A stretch of 64,000 nt of DNA, taken from contig JAFWYF010000004.1 of the NCBI GenBank assembly GCA_017522785.1, forward strand, positions 55,480-119,479, written 5' to 3'. Each line of letters begins with the position of its first letter. Position 1 is the stretch's first letter. Below the pieces are notes generated by a model. That model made no database searches and was not told where the DNA came from. It saw nothing but the letters and a program-made list of their open reading frames with translations. This DNA is from Bacteroidaceae bacterium (GTDB lineage: Bacteria > Bacteroidota > Bacteroidia > Bacteroidales > Bacteroidaceae). Positions 10,882 through 20,210 of this stretch are shown here, one piece after another. The position numbers and the translations under genes were made by a program.

Positions 10882-13302
10882 TTATTTACGTTCTCTGCGA
10901 ATATATCTCTTTTTGCCATCAACAATAACCAAACCCTCATTAGGCAGTTCGTTGAGTTTCTGTCCTTGCAGGTTATATATGCCACGTGGAGCAACAAACT
11001 CATCCACGTATGTTATCTCGTCGATTGATGTAGTAATATCAACAACATCAACATTTGGGTTCTCTATAATGTACATAATAGAACCATGGTCGTCCCATGT
11101 CCAGTTACGTACTGCTATAGGGTTTTCATTGGTACATATACATGCAAAACTTTGTGAACCTTCGGAGTAACCGCCACCGGCATGAAAACTGAATGTGCCG
11201 TCGCCATTATCGCGAATCTTATCCAAAGCCTTCTTGTTCACTGTAAATTTGTAATCACGTCCTTCACGTGTAACATAACTCTTTTTTGCCGGTTGGTAGA
11301 GATAATAGGAATCGCCCTCTTTCAGTATCTGCCAAACGACAGTCTCATCAAAAGGGGACACCTCCTCTTTATAGATGTTGGCAACTGTAGCATTTCCGGG
11401 TAGTTGGTTATACGACCATGTCGTAACACCTCGCAGGCTCAAATAGGTCTCAGTAACGGTGCTGTTCCAAGCCCAATAACCTTCGCCGGTCTTTGCCTTA
11501 ATGTGATAGGCCATGTCGTTACGTAGTTCATCGAGAGAACTGATATTTCGATATGGCAACACAGGGACGTATGTTACTGTTAATACACGAGTATCAGTAT
11601 CTAGTTCTACAGAAACTCTGTAATCTGCTATTTCAATAGCTTTCACAGCATCTGCAGAGAAGAATTGCGATGCTTTTATTGTAGCACCATTGCCATACGC
11701 GTGTCCAACGTATGTTACACCACCTTCGCCTTCGGGAGCGCCTACAACCTCAACGCTGTAATCGCAAACCTTTTGCATATCGCCAGCAATGCTCACGCTA
11801 CCTCCACGAATATATTCAGCCGGGATTGTATATGTGCTATCGGCGGAAATTTCTGTATCTGCTATATTCACAACAATCCAATTGGGATTGCCATTCTCGT
11901 CTAATTGCTCTGTTGCATTAACATTGTAACCATACTTCAATTGGAAACCGTATTGTACAAAGCCATTCTCGGGAATAATTTTAACTTTGAGAGGCTCATT
12001 ATACTTTGTTTGGTAGTTTTGCAATGGGATAAGACCATCGGCAAGTACAATATCACCATTCAACTGCGAAGCATTCACTATAACATTTTCGCCATGTACA
12101 TCGAGGACAAGATCTACAATGGCACCACCATTTTCCAAGAGTGATGCAGCACCTTTTGGATCGATATAGTCCCAGTCTACCTTATAACGCATACGGTAGA
12201 AGCCCTCTTTTGTAGCAGCAGGAACGGTGAATGAAGGCACTCCACCACCAATTGTATTACCATTAGCAGTTGTTGAACCGTCGCTCTTGCGCCATGTTCC
12301 ATTTATATTTGCAACACTATAAGAGACAATATCACTACCTTCGGCAGGAACACCATTATCCTGTACAGCAAAAGAGAAGACACCGTCATTGCCCCAATCG
12401 ACATAGGTATAAGCACTCATCCAAGAACCGGCATAGTTATATGTAGGTTGCACCTGTTGTCCGGCTGTAGCCGAAAAGACATTTGAGCAAACAAAATCGT
12501 TATACACAAGTTTTTTGTTTGTTGTTGCAGTTTGCGCCACGCCATCCACTGTAAGACCAACACCGTTCAAACTACGGTCGCTACGTATAGGGACCGCCTC
12601 GGGAGAGAAGTCTATAGCATATTTGTCGGTGCTGAAGCGTTTTTCGGGACTATCGTCTACTACAATATTGTCAAAGTATGCAACCCAATCACTTTCATCG
12701 GCATGTGGCGAGCGAAGGTCGGGAACAATTACTAATGAATAGATATCGATTCCGCTATTCTCTTTCTCTTGTTTTGAATATGAGAAGCCCTTGAACCTGA
12801 CAACAATATCTTGCCAACCATCTTTGGGTTTAATATTTGTCGTTGTCATTGCCCAAAACTGCTCATCTTCACCTGTCTGCCAAGACCAACTATCCTCAAC
12901 ACGTTTACCAAGACCAATAACCATCATACGAGAATCGGCAGGTTTGTCTTTGAGATAGGCCATTACGTGGATATACTGAAATTGTTTGGTTACTCTTATA
13001 GGCTCTTTGAGGTCTATTCTGGCACCAAAAGCATTACCGGCATGGCGACTGCGTTGCATTGCAAGTACCTTTGCCGAAGCATTAGGCGCTTTGCCAAGAA
13101 CTTCATCTACCAATGTGTTGGGGTTATCTACAACTGCAACATTACCCTCTAACAAACCTTTGCGGAAAGGGCTCTCTGTCCATTGGTCGTAGACTCCTAA
13201 TTTATTATAATCTTGAGACTCGAAATTAATCGTTGTCTGCGCTACGGCAGTCATACCAAATGTGAGTAGTGCCGCTAAAAATATATTTCTCATATTTTTC
13301 AT
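10882..13302 (-). CDS. secreted multidomain protein with T9SS C-terminal sorting domain (function unknown, probably glycan-binding)
   Basis: Signal peptide ends AVA-QTT. The C-terminus RGIYNLQGQKLNELPNEGLVIVDGKKRYI is a typical Por-secretion-tail pattern. It lies 10 nt downstream of the GH29 gene. YTYVDWGNDGVFSF is a possible GEVED-like segment (weak). Confidence 0.75.
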   Translation of the reverse strand: MKNMRNIFLAALLTFGMTAVAQTTINFESQDYNKLGVYDQWTESPFRKGLLEGNVAVVDNPNTLVDEVLGKAPNASAKVLAMQRSRHAGNAFGARIDLKEPIRVTKQFQYIHVMAYLKDKPADSRMMVIGLGKRVEDSWSWQTGEDEQFWAMTTTNIKPKDGWQDIVVRFKGFSYSKQEKENSGIDIYSLVIVPDLRSPHADESDWVAYFDNIVVDDSPEKRFSTDKYAIDFSPEAVPIRSDRSLNGVGLTVDGVAQTATTNKKLVYNDFVCSNVFSATAGQQVQPTYNYAGSWMSAYTYVDWGNDGVFSFAVQDNGVPAEGSDIVSYSVANINGTWRKSDGSTTANGNTIGGGVPSFTVPAATKEGFYRMRYKVDWDYIDPKGAASLLENGGAIVDLVLDVHGENVIVNASQLNGDIVLADGLIPLQNYQTKYNEPLKVKIIPENGFVQYGFQLKYGYNVNATEQLDENGNPNWIVVNIADTEISADSTYTIPAEYIRGGSVSIAGDMQKVCDYSVEVVGAPEGEGGVTYVGHAYGNGATIKASQFFSADAVKAIEIADYRVSVELDTDTRVLTVTYVPVLPYRNISSLDELRNDMAYHIKAKTGEGYWAWNSTVTETYLSLRGVTTWSYNQLPGNATVANIYKEEVSPFDETVVWQILKEGDSYYLYQPAKKSYVTREGRDYKFTVNKKALDKIRDNGDGTFSFHAGGGYSEGSQSFACICTNENPIAVRNWTWDDHGSIMYIIENPNVDVVDITTSIDEITYVDEFVAPRGIYNLQGQKLNELPNEGLVIVDGKKRYIRRERK

Positions 13303-13312
13303 AGTTGTTTAA

Positions 13313-14839
13313 TCAATATACGCAAAGGTTAGACAATAACGGACAAGCTCTGCTATCGAGTATCTTAATACGAAGCTTCATTGCGTTGTAGCCCTCGCCA
13401 TAACTCTCCGAAGTGCTTCCGTTCAACGGAATAATTCTCTTATAACCAACAGTTGTGGTTTGCATTACAGGACATAGTTCATGCCATGTATTTCCATCGG
13501 CGCTGAACTCCAATGTAAAATCTTTAATGCGCTGTCCCAAAGAGATAGGCTCTTGCATTACCAAATAACGTATTGTTTGAGGAGTATCCCAAGAGAGAGT
13601 GATTGTTGCCGACAAACTACCGTCGTTAGTACCCCAATATGTCTCTTTATCGCCATCGGTGAGATTCTTCACATCATATTTGCCACCGGTGCGCACCTCG
13701 CTTACCTCTATATTTGCACTCTTTGCATAATCAACTGCAGCAGTTGTTTCGTCCATGCCGTCTACAGGCAATGCCAAACGCTTGTGCAACATTTCGCCCA
13801 ACTTCTTTAACTCATTAACGGTGTTGGTTGGCAAAACACCATATTGGTCGGGGGGACAGTTGAGAATGAGTGTGGCATTACGTCCAACTGTCTCCAAATA
13901 CATTTGGAAAAGACGCTCTGCGCTCTTCATCGATTCACCTTGATGCCAGAACCAACCGGCATTTGTAGCTTTGGCATCGCTCTCGCCCGGGTTCCAGAAC
14001 CAACCGTTTATATCACCCTCTTCACGAACACCACTGCCACCGTAATCGGTCATAGCCCAGTTTGTCTCTCCGGCATAGCCCGACTCATTACCTATCCAAC
14101 GAGCCTCGCCACCAACACCCCAAAGAACACAGTTGGGAGCAATTTGGTGCACACGAGCACGAAGGTTGGGAGTATCGTAATAGATTTCAGCATCTACCTG
14201 ACGTGTTCCACCTTCACCACCATAATAACCATTTCCACCATTGGCTCCGTCGAACCACATCTCGAATTGGTCATCGCCATATTTTGCCAACTCCTCGCAC
14301 TGTTTTAGGAACACCTCTGTAACATAGGTATCTTTGCCATAGTGTGCCGAGTTACAGTCCCACGGCGAGATGTAAAAACCATATTTCATATTATGCTTTT
14401 TGCTTGCTGCGGCATACAGTTCGGGAATATTAGCTGTACGACCATACTCATTTCCAGCTTTTGCTATGCTGTGTGTTGTTGTTTCAGTAGGCCACAAGCA
14501 GAAACCGTCATGATGCTTTACAACAGCGATACCTCCGGTCATGCCGGCAGCCTTAACAGAGGTTATCCACTGTTCGGGATTAGGCATGGCTTTAGGAGCA
14601 TAAATAGATTCATCCTCATCACCATGTCCCCACTCATTGCCGGTAAATGTGTTCATACCATAGTGGAAAAAGGCATAGAATTCTGTTTCATTCCATAAAA
14701 TTTGTCGCTTGTGTGGTACCGGATGACAAGGTGCAGGCACATTATCAGGATTGGATAACTCCTGAGATACCATCTGAAACTCTTGGGCAAACCCTGCAAA
14801 AGGTATTAACAACCCAATTAGAAGTGTCTTAATCTTCAT
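13313..14839 (-). CDS. alpha-L-fucosidase (GH29) with C-terminal F5/8 type C (discoidin)-like domain
   Basis: Signal peptide ends FA-QEF. Contains the VVKHHDGFCLWPT block typical of GH29. The C-terminal NLTDGDKETYWGT segment is a discoidin-like pattern. Confidence 0.85.
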   Translation of the reverse strand: MKIKTLLIGLLIPFAGFAQEFQMVSQELSNPDNVPAPCHPVPHKRQILWNETEFYAFFHYGMNTFTGNEWGHGDEDESIYAPKAMPNPEQWITSVKAAGMTGGIAVVKHHDGFCLWPTETTTHSIAKAGNEYGRTANIPELYAAASKKHNMKYGFYISPWDCNSAHYGKDTYVTEVFLKQCEELAKYGDDQFEMWFDGANGGNGYYGGEGGTRQVDAEIYYDTPNLRARVHQIAPNCVLWGVGGEARWIGNESGYAGETNWAMTDYGGSGVREEGDINGWFWNPGESDAKATNAGWFWHQGESMKSAERLFQMYLETVGRNATLILNCPPDQYGVLPTNTVNELKKLGEMLHKRLALPVDGMDETTAAVDYAKSANIEVSEVRTGGKYDVKNLTDGDKETYWGTNDGSLSATITLSWDTPQTIRYLVMQEPISLGQRIKDFTLEFSADGNTWHELCPVMQTTTVGYKRIIPLNGSTSESYGEGYNAMKLRIKILDSRACPLLSNLCVY

Positions 14840-14990
14840 AAGTTAATAATTTGTTTGTTTTTACTCTAAGTTATTTAGTTATCACTAATTATTTTATCAT
14901 TGGCGAATTTAATAAAATTAAATTAACAGAGAGGAGTACAACATATTATTTCATAAATATTAACGTTATTTAGTTAAAATGCATCATAAG

Positions 14991-15030
14991 ATTTGCCGAG
15001 CAGAACTAAATTTAGTTCTGCTCGGCAAAT
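14991..15030 (-). terminator. perfect 40-nt palindrome downstream of glucokinase
   Basis: atttgccgagcagaactaaa/tttagttctgctcggcaaat begins 24 nt past the stop at 15054. There is no clear U tract. Confidence 0.5.
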
Positions 15031-15053
15031 AAGAACAATAACAGAAAACGCGA

Positions 15054-16025
15054 CTAATTACCCTCCCATGCCAAAGCACTTGCGCCAAGTATTGCAGCAT
15101 CGGAATCGCGCAATTGCGATACAAGAATCTGCGTTTTTCCTTTAAAGGTATGCAAAATATTCTTGTCCACAGCACGTTTCACAGGGTCGAGCAGAAAAGC
15201 ACCTGCACGTGTAAGACCGCCAAAGAGAATTACCGCTTCGGGACTGGAGAAGGCGATAAAATCGGCTATTGCCTCGCCCAACATAGTACCTGTACGGTCA
15301 AATATTTTCAGTGCCACATGGTCGCCCTGTTTTGCCGCCTCGTAGACATCGCGAGAGGTTATCTCTTTTACATCGCGCAGCAGACTCTGCTCATTAGTGG
15401 TTGCAAGAATCTCACGTGCAGTACGAGCAACACCTGTAGCCGAGCAATATGCCTCGAGACAACCATGCCTGCCACAACCACAGAGACGTCCCTCCTTGCC
15501 ACGAACCATAGTAACATGGCCCAATTCGCCGGCAAAGCCATCACAGCCGTATACCAACTGTCCATTGATGACAATACCACTGCCTACACCCGTTCCAAGC
15601 GTTATGACAATGAAATTCTTCATACCTTTTGCAGTGCCATAGGTCATTTCACCAATAGCAGGAGCATTAGCATCATTTGTAACATAGACCGGAATACCAC
15701 TCTTTTGTGATAACATATCGGCAAGAGGCAAGACACCTTTCCAAGGGAGGTTAAAAGCATGTTCAATATTTCCGGTGTAGTAATTGCTATCGGGAGCGCC
15801 AACCCCAATACCACGTATGCGTCCTTCACTACCCGTTGCCTTAATCAAACGGCCTATTACAGTGTTCATGGCATCGACAAATGCCTCGAAGGTGGGATAG
15901 GAACCTGTAGCTATACCCTCGTCGCGAGCAAGTATCTCGCCTCGTGCATCTACTATTCCAATTTTTGTTCCTGTGCCTCCTACATCTATTCCTATAACAA
16001 GGTTCTTCTCTACATCTGTTACCAT
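15054..16025 (-). CDS. ROK family glucokinase
   Basis: IGIDVGGTGTKIG ATP-binding motif, GELGH, and the zinc motif CGCGRHGCLEAY. Confidence 0.85.
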   Translation of the reverse strand: MVTDVEKNLVIGIDVGGTGTKIGIVDARGEILARDEGIATGSYPTFEAFVDAMNTVIGRLIKATGSEGRIRGIGVGAPDSNYYTGNIEHAFNLPWKGVLPLADMLSQKSGIPVYVTNDANAPAIGEMTYGTAKGMKNFIVITLGTGVGSGIVINGQLVYGCDGFAGELGHVTMVRGKEGRLCGCGRHGCLEAYCSATGVARTAREILATTNEQSLLRDVKEITSRDVYEAAKQGDHVALKIFDRTGTMLGEAIADFIAFSSPEAVILFGGLTRAGAFLLDPVKRAVDKNILHTFKGKTQILVSQLRDSDAAILGASALAWEGN

Positions 16026-16386
16026 TATTGAATTATTTTAGTTAGACATTATTTATATATAAAGCAATGTAATACTGTTTAAACAAACGAGAAGATTAAT
16101 TGGTAATGGGATTGTCGTTGTTTTATTGATTATTAATATTGTCAATGAGTTTTAATTACTTTTCTCCTTTAAAACCTCGGAATTCAAAGAGTAGTTATTA
16201 CTTTAACCAATTGCTCTTTTGTTTTTCCTTTTTTTAAAAAAGGCTGTTAAAAGCAAAAGGTATAGAGAAAAAACAGTTCGTGAGGCACCTAGAATTATAA
16301 GCTAAGAACTGCAAAAAACATCTCCACTCCCACATTAACACTACCCAAGCAGGGAAAATAGAAGAACAGAAACACTCTATTGAGAT

Positions 16387-16433
16387 TAACACATAAATGG
16401 GGTTGCTAATTTAGCAACCCCATTTATGTGTTA
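16387..16433 (-). terminator. long stem-loop closing the nine-gene operon
   Basis: ttaacacataaatggggttgcta at tagcaaccccatttatgtgttaa forms a stem of about 23 bp, 27 nt past the stop at 16460. No U tract, so it could be a terminator or an RNA-stability/processing element. Confidence 0.5.
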
Positions 16434-16459
16434 GAGAAAATTGAAAGAATAGAGATTTA

Positions 16460-17923
16460 TTATTTCCCTAAATATCTCTTTTGTAATTTAGTAGCCTCGC
16501 CCTTTGCTCTCTCAATAATAGGCTTCCACTGATAGTTGCGATATAATCCAACTACAGTACTATAAGTCATAATGATAAATGATACACAGCAAAGCACTAG
16601 AACTGCTATAATAATCAATGCCAACATCCTTGCAAAGATAAGGAAGTTTCCTGCGTCCACCTCTTTATCTTTACGAACTTGTCCATTGCTAAGATAGGTA
16701 GTAACCTCGATATCAGGCAACAATTTAGTTGCAAGAACAGTACCTAATAAAGAGGCAGCAATACCAAATGCTAAATCACGAATAGAGTTAATGAATTTAG
16801 AATCTTCCTCATATTTCACTATAACATAGCCATACTGATAGGATGCAAGAATGTAGAGAGGAGTCATTACTATAGCAAGGAAGAGCAAAAAGTTCACCCA
16901 TACGGTGCCTCCTTTTAGATGTGATACCATATCTTCACACTCCTCTATAGCAGCATCTTGAACATCGTCGAAGTCCATCTCGTTGAAATCTTCATACTTT
17001 TCGAGATACTCTTCGGCCATATCCTCATACTTCTCTTGCGAATCGAGATATTCATCTCTTTTGTCTGAATCGGCCGCTTTTGCAGCAGATTCTGCATAGT
17101 TTTCGGCACTCTCTTTAGCTTCGTAATGTTCACGATATAACATATGCAACATATATATTTTATAGTTGTTGGCATTGTCATATACGTTCGTAAAGAAGCC
17201 ACCATGTGGCGAAGGATACTCGGTCAGAATAGTATCACACTCTTGCCAATCTTCTACCAATGCAAGTCGTTGTTCAGCCTTATCAATAGCACCTTTATTT
17301 TTCATACTATAATAAAATAGTATGATGATTGATAAAAATACACCACCTATTATCATCCACGAGTGTGTCCACTGACGTGTAAGCGACCAACTGACACTGT
17401 TGCGCAACATGTTGATTCGTTCTACTAGAGTAGACTCGTGAGGGGCATCAGCTGCCTTTTCTGCCTTATCCAAAAGTTCATCGACACGCATAGCCTCTTC
17501 GGGCGATTTAATATTAAAGGCAACTCTTTCATCTTTCAATTCGCGCATTGCCAAGCTATAGGCCTCATTTGCATAAGCCCATGCCTCGTTATTAACATTT
17601 TCGCCTTCTGGTTCTTCGGGATAATCCAATGGACGGGCATAGCCTTCTTCGACACTTTTCCAAAGGCGCCACACCATTTTACATTCCAATCCATTGCTAC
17701 GTAGTTTTCGTGCCAATGTAAATGCCTTGAGCCATTTACCGGCCTCAAACACATAAGGCAGATTTCCTTGCAGGTCGCCTATTTGTGTCAGACTGAGACC
17801 AACATCATACTTTAGTATTTCAATTAATTTCTCTTTCGAAACACCGTCGATGTTTGTAAGTTTTATGTAGTACTTTTTGTATCCAAGAAAGTATACCAAC
17901 AGGAATATTAAGAGTTCAAACAT
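16460..17923 (-). CDS. polytopic membrane protein with N-terminal L7/L12-CTD-like module and a very acidic loop (operon gene 9)
   Basis: 487 aa with hydrophobic segments at about 1-15, 187-205, 350-372, 395-413 and 440-470. Residues 19-84 resemble the ribosomal L7/L12 C-terminal domain. The segment DSDKRDEYLDSQEKYEDMAEEYLEKYEDFNEMDFDD is strongly acidic. Confidence 0.8.
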   Translation of the reverse strand: MFELLIFLLVYFLGYKKYYIKLTNIDGVSKEKLIEILKYDVGLSLTQIGDLQGNLPYVFEAGKWLKAFTLARKLRSNGLECKMVWRLWKSVEEGYARPLDYPEEPEGENVNNEAWAYANEAYSLAMRELKDERVAFNIKSPEEAMRVDELLDKAEKAADAPHESTLVERINMLRNSVSWSLTRQWTHSWMIIGGVFLSIIILFYYSMKNKGAIDKAEQRLALVEDWQECDTILTEYPSPHGGFFTNVYDNANNYKIYMLHMLYREHYEAKESAENYAESAAKAADSDKRDEYLDSQEKYEDMAEEYLEKYEDFNEMDFDDVQDAAIEECEDMVSHLKGGTVWVNFLLFLAIVMTPLYILASYQYGYVIVKYEEDSKFINSIRDLAFGIAASLLGTVLATKLLPDIEVTTYLSNGQVRKDKEVDAGNFLIFARMLALIIIAVLVLCCVSFIIMTYSTVVGLYRNYQWKPIIERAKGEATKLQKRYLGK

Positions 17924-17959
17924 AGTTATATCTGTTTAAAGATGAATATTGTGTGTGTT

Positions 17960-18760
17960 TTATGCACCTTCAGCCTCCATGAGAGCATCGAGATCCTCGG
18001 GCTCTGCATCGAGTGTCTCTCCCTCAACCTCGGGAGCAACAGCAATATTCAAACCACCCATGAGCGCCTCTTGTGCAGCAACTTCTTCGGGAGTAAGTTC
18101 GCGACCTACACTCTTATCGAGTTTAGTGATGAAACAACATTTAGAGAGAGATTTCAACTGTTCCTCGTTCCATATTCCAAGTGTAGCAGGGTCAATTGCA
18201 CCCTCTTTCATTGCCTTCCACTGCTGATACTGCTGACGACGCACTGCTGTAATTTGTTTAATCTCGGCACCACAAAGTTCAATTACTTTAGGACCCGATT
18301 TTAGATATTTACCATAGGAGAGAGCCTGTAAACCCATGTCGGGCAATGCAGTTGTAGCCGAAGCTGTGAGAACACCGATATTTGCAATATCGAGTACAAT
18401 GTTAGTACCCTGCATGATAGCATTAACCAACTGCCATGTTACTGCACCACGAGTAAGGTAAGCACCCGAAGCATCTTCCATGTGAGCCATCACATAGTCG
18501 GCACCATTCACATCACGCAATGTGTCGGTTTTAAATGTATAGGTGTTCATGCTCTCTGCAACCTTTTGAACATCGTTCCAAACGGTATCACATGTGAGCA
18601 GGTAGAGGTCGAAGTCGGCATTACCGCTAAGTTCGGGCATAACCCACTCATATTTTTTCTTCTCTTTCTTTTTCTTCTCTTTTTTAGAGGCCTCAGCATT
18701 CATTGGAGCCAACATAAGAATTGCAAGCATTGCAACCATTACTTTTGAAAGTGTTTTCAT
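17960..18760 (-). CDS. exported hypothetical protein, Lys-rich N-terminus and acidic C-terminus (operon gene 8)
   Basis: 266 aa. Signal peptide ends NA-EAS. This is followed by KKEKKKKEKKK, and the C-terminal tail is EVEGETLDAEPEDLDALMEAEGA. Confidence 0.75.
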   Translation of the reverse strand: MKTLSKVMVAMLAILMLAPMNAEASKKEKKKKEKKKYEWVMPELSGNADFDLYLLTCDTVWNDVQKVAESMNTYTFKTDTLRDVNGADYVMAHMEDASGAYLTRGAVTWQLVNAIMQGTNIVLDIANIGVLTASATTALPDMGLQALSYGKYLKSGPKVIELCGAEIKQITAVRRQQYQQWKAMKEGAIDPATLGIWNEEQLKSLSKCCFITKLDKSVGRELTPEEVAAQEALMGGLNIAVAPEVEGETLDAEPEDLDALMEAEGA

Positions 18761-18804
18761 AATTCTAAATTTTAAGATTAGTATTATATTTGTCTGTTTG
18801 TTTT

Positions 18805-20199
18805 TTATGGAGTAAGCACAACATCGAGTGTTTGTGTTTTATGCTCTACCGGATGCGAACATCCTTCTCCTTGGAAATAGAGATATTTAAAATCTTCGCG
18901 CATTTTTATCGAATATTTACCACCCTGAACTGTACCCACCTTCTTTAGGTTATACTTTTTTACATCCTTTATTTTGCTTATATAAATATTGGAAGCATAG
19001 ATATCCACATCTACAGGGAATATCCATCCTTCGCCTGCAGTAACTGTTCCGCTTATTACAGGATACTCCACTATCGAAGAAGGATGCTGGCCATATTTGT
19101 AATCTATCTCACGCAATAACTTCTTGTAGTACTCCATTTCGGGAAACTCATCTATCAATGTATGCAAGCGCTTACGCTCGAAATTTAGATATTTCCACAC
19201 GTTAGCCGATTCAAAACCCTCTTCGTCTGCCAGCTTGCGCCAACGCTCGTCGGCCTGATTGATAGCATTTGTGTGGTTACGTATCTTCTTGAACTTATTA
19301 GCTTGTATCTGATGAGCATCTTTTTTGTCTATAGGACATTGCAAATGTTTGCTAGCCTTTTCGTATGCATCGGCCACTGACGCAAAGTATGCACTTGTGT
19401 GCTCCTTTTCGTAGCCAGCCTCTTTATTCTGTGCAACAGCAAGCACATCTTCGTATGTCTCGTCGGTAGCCCTTACCACCATGAAGATGTAGGATGTACG
19501 ACCAACTAGTTCTTTTTGTTCAATTTGAACACTGCTAAAGTCGGGCGAACTGATTTTGAATGCTACATTACCTGTTATGTCTTTACTGCTTTTTGTCTTG
19601 GGAGCAAGATTAAAGACAATAGCATAATCTTTTTGCTCACCCACCATTTCGGCCGAAGCTTTAAAGTTACAGCCGGTTAATGTAACAGGTTTACCATTTT
19701 CTATGCATGTAATGCCATTACAAGCAATTGTAAGATTTGTAAAAGCCGACATAAATGTAACCTTTGCAGCGTTTGCGTATGGGTAGACAGCATCGGCCTC
19801 GCGATTTATTGCAACATTAATTTTCTCGTCGTATGAGCCCTCATAAACCTTTCCTTTATACATTACGAGTGGTACAGTCTCTTGCCCCATAGGCAAACGT
19901 AACTGTAGCTGTGTCTTTAGAAAGTCATCGTCATAATCCTCGGGGAATGTATAGTTTATAGTATACTTATAGCGTCCGTTACTTTCGATGCTCTTTGTAC
20001 CTTTTTCTATACCCACACTATGCGACATTATCAGATTGTCGCAATTAGATGTTACAATGATGATAGCCTCGTCAACCCCTGCTGTTTGAGTTTTACTCTC
20101 TGTTGGAGGCACAAGCGTCGTGTTGTCGTCTTGTGCCGTTGTCTTCACTACACCAAGAAACGACAAAAGCGATATAAAGATTATCTTTTTCAATTTCAT
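18805..20199 (-). CDS. exported hypothetical protein (operon gene 7)
   Basis: 464 aa. Signal peptide ends TA-QDD. The C-terminal roughly 90 aa (VISGTVTAGEGWIFPVDVDIY...) resemble a CarboxypepD_reg-like beta-sandwich (tentative). Confidence 0.75.
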   Translation of the reverse strand: MKLKKIIFISLLSFLGVVKTTAQDDNTTLVPPTESKTQTAGVDEAIIIVTSNCDNLIMSHSVGIEKGTKSIESNGRYKYTINYTFPEDYDDDFLKTQLQLRLPMGQETVPLVMYKGKVYEGSYDEKINVAINREADAVYPYANAAKVTFMSAFTNLTIACNGITCIENGKPVTLTGCNFKASAEMVGEQKDYAIVFNLAPKTKSSKDITGNVAFKISSPDFSSVQIEQKELVGRTSYIFMVVRATDETYEDVLAVAQNKEAGYEKEHTSAYFASVADAYEKASKHLQCPIDKKDAHQIQANKFKKIRNHTNAINQADERWRKLADEEGFESANVWKYLNFERKRLHTLIDEFPEMEYYKKLLREIDYKYGQHPSSIVEYPVISGTVTAGEGWIFPVDVDIYASNIYISKIKDVKKYNLKKVGTVQGGKYSIKMREDFKYLYFQGEGCSHPVEHKTQTLDVVLTP

Positions 20200-20210
20200 A
20201 GTTCTTTACA

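Noticed and set aside
16026-16386. A possible small RNA or riboswitch in the long spacer downstream of the operon.
   Set aside because: I could recognise no conserved riboswitch core, tRNA-like or known sRNA structure by eye. It is kept only as a low-interest note tied to the hairpin.
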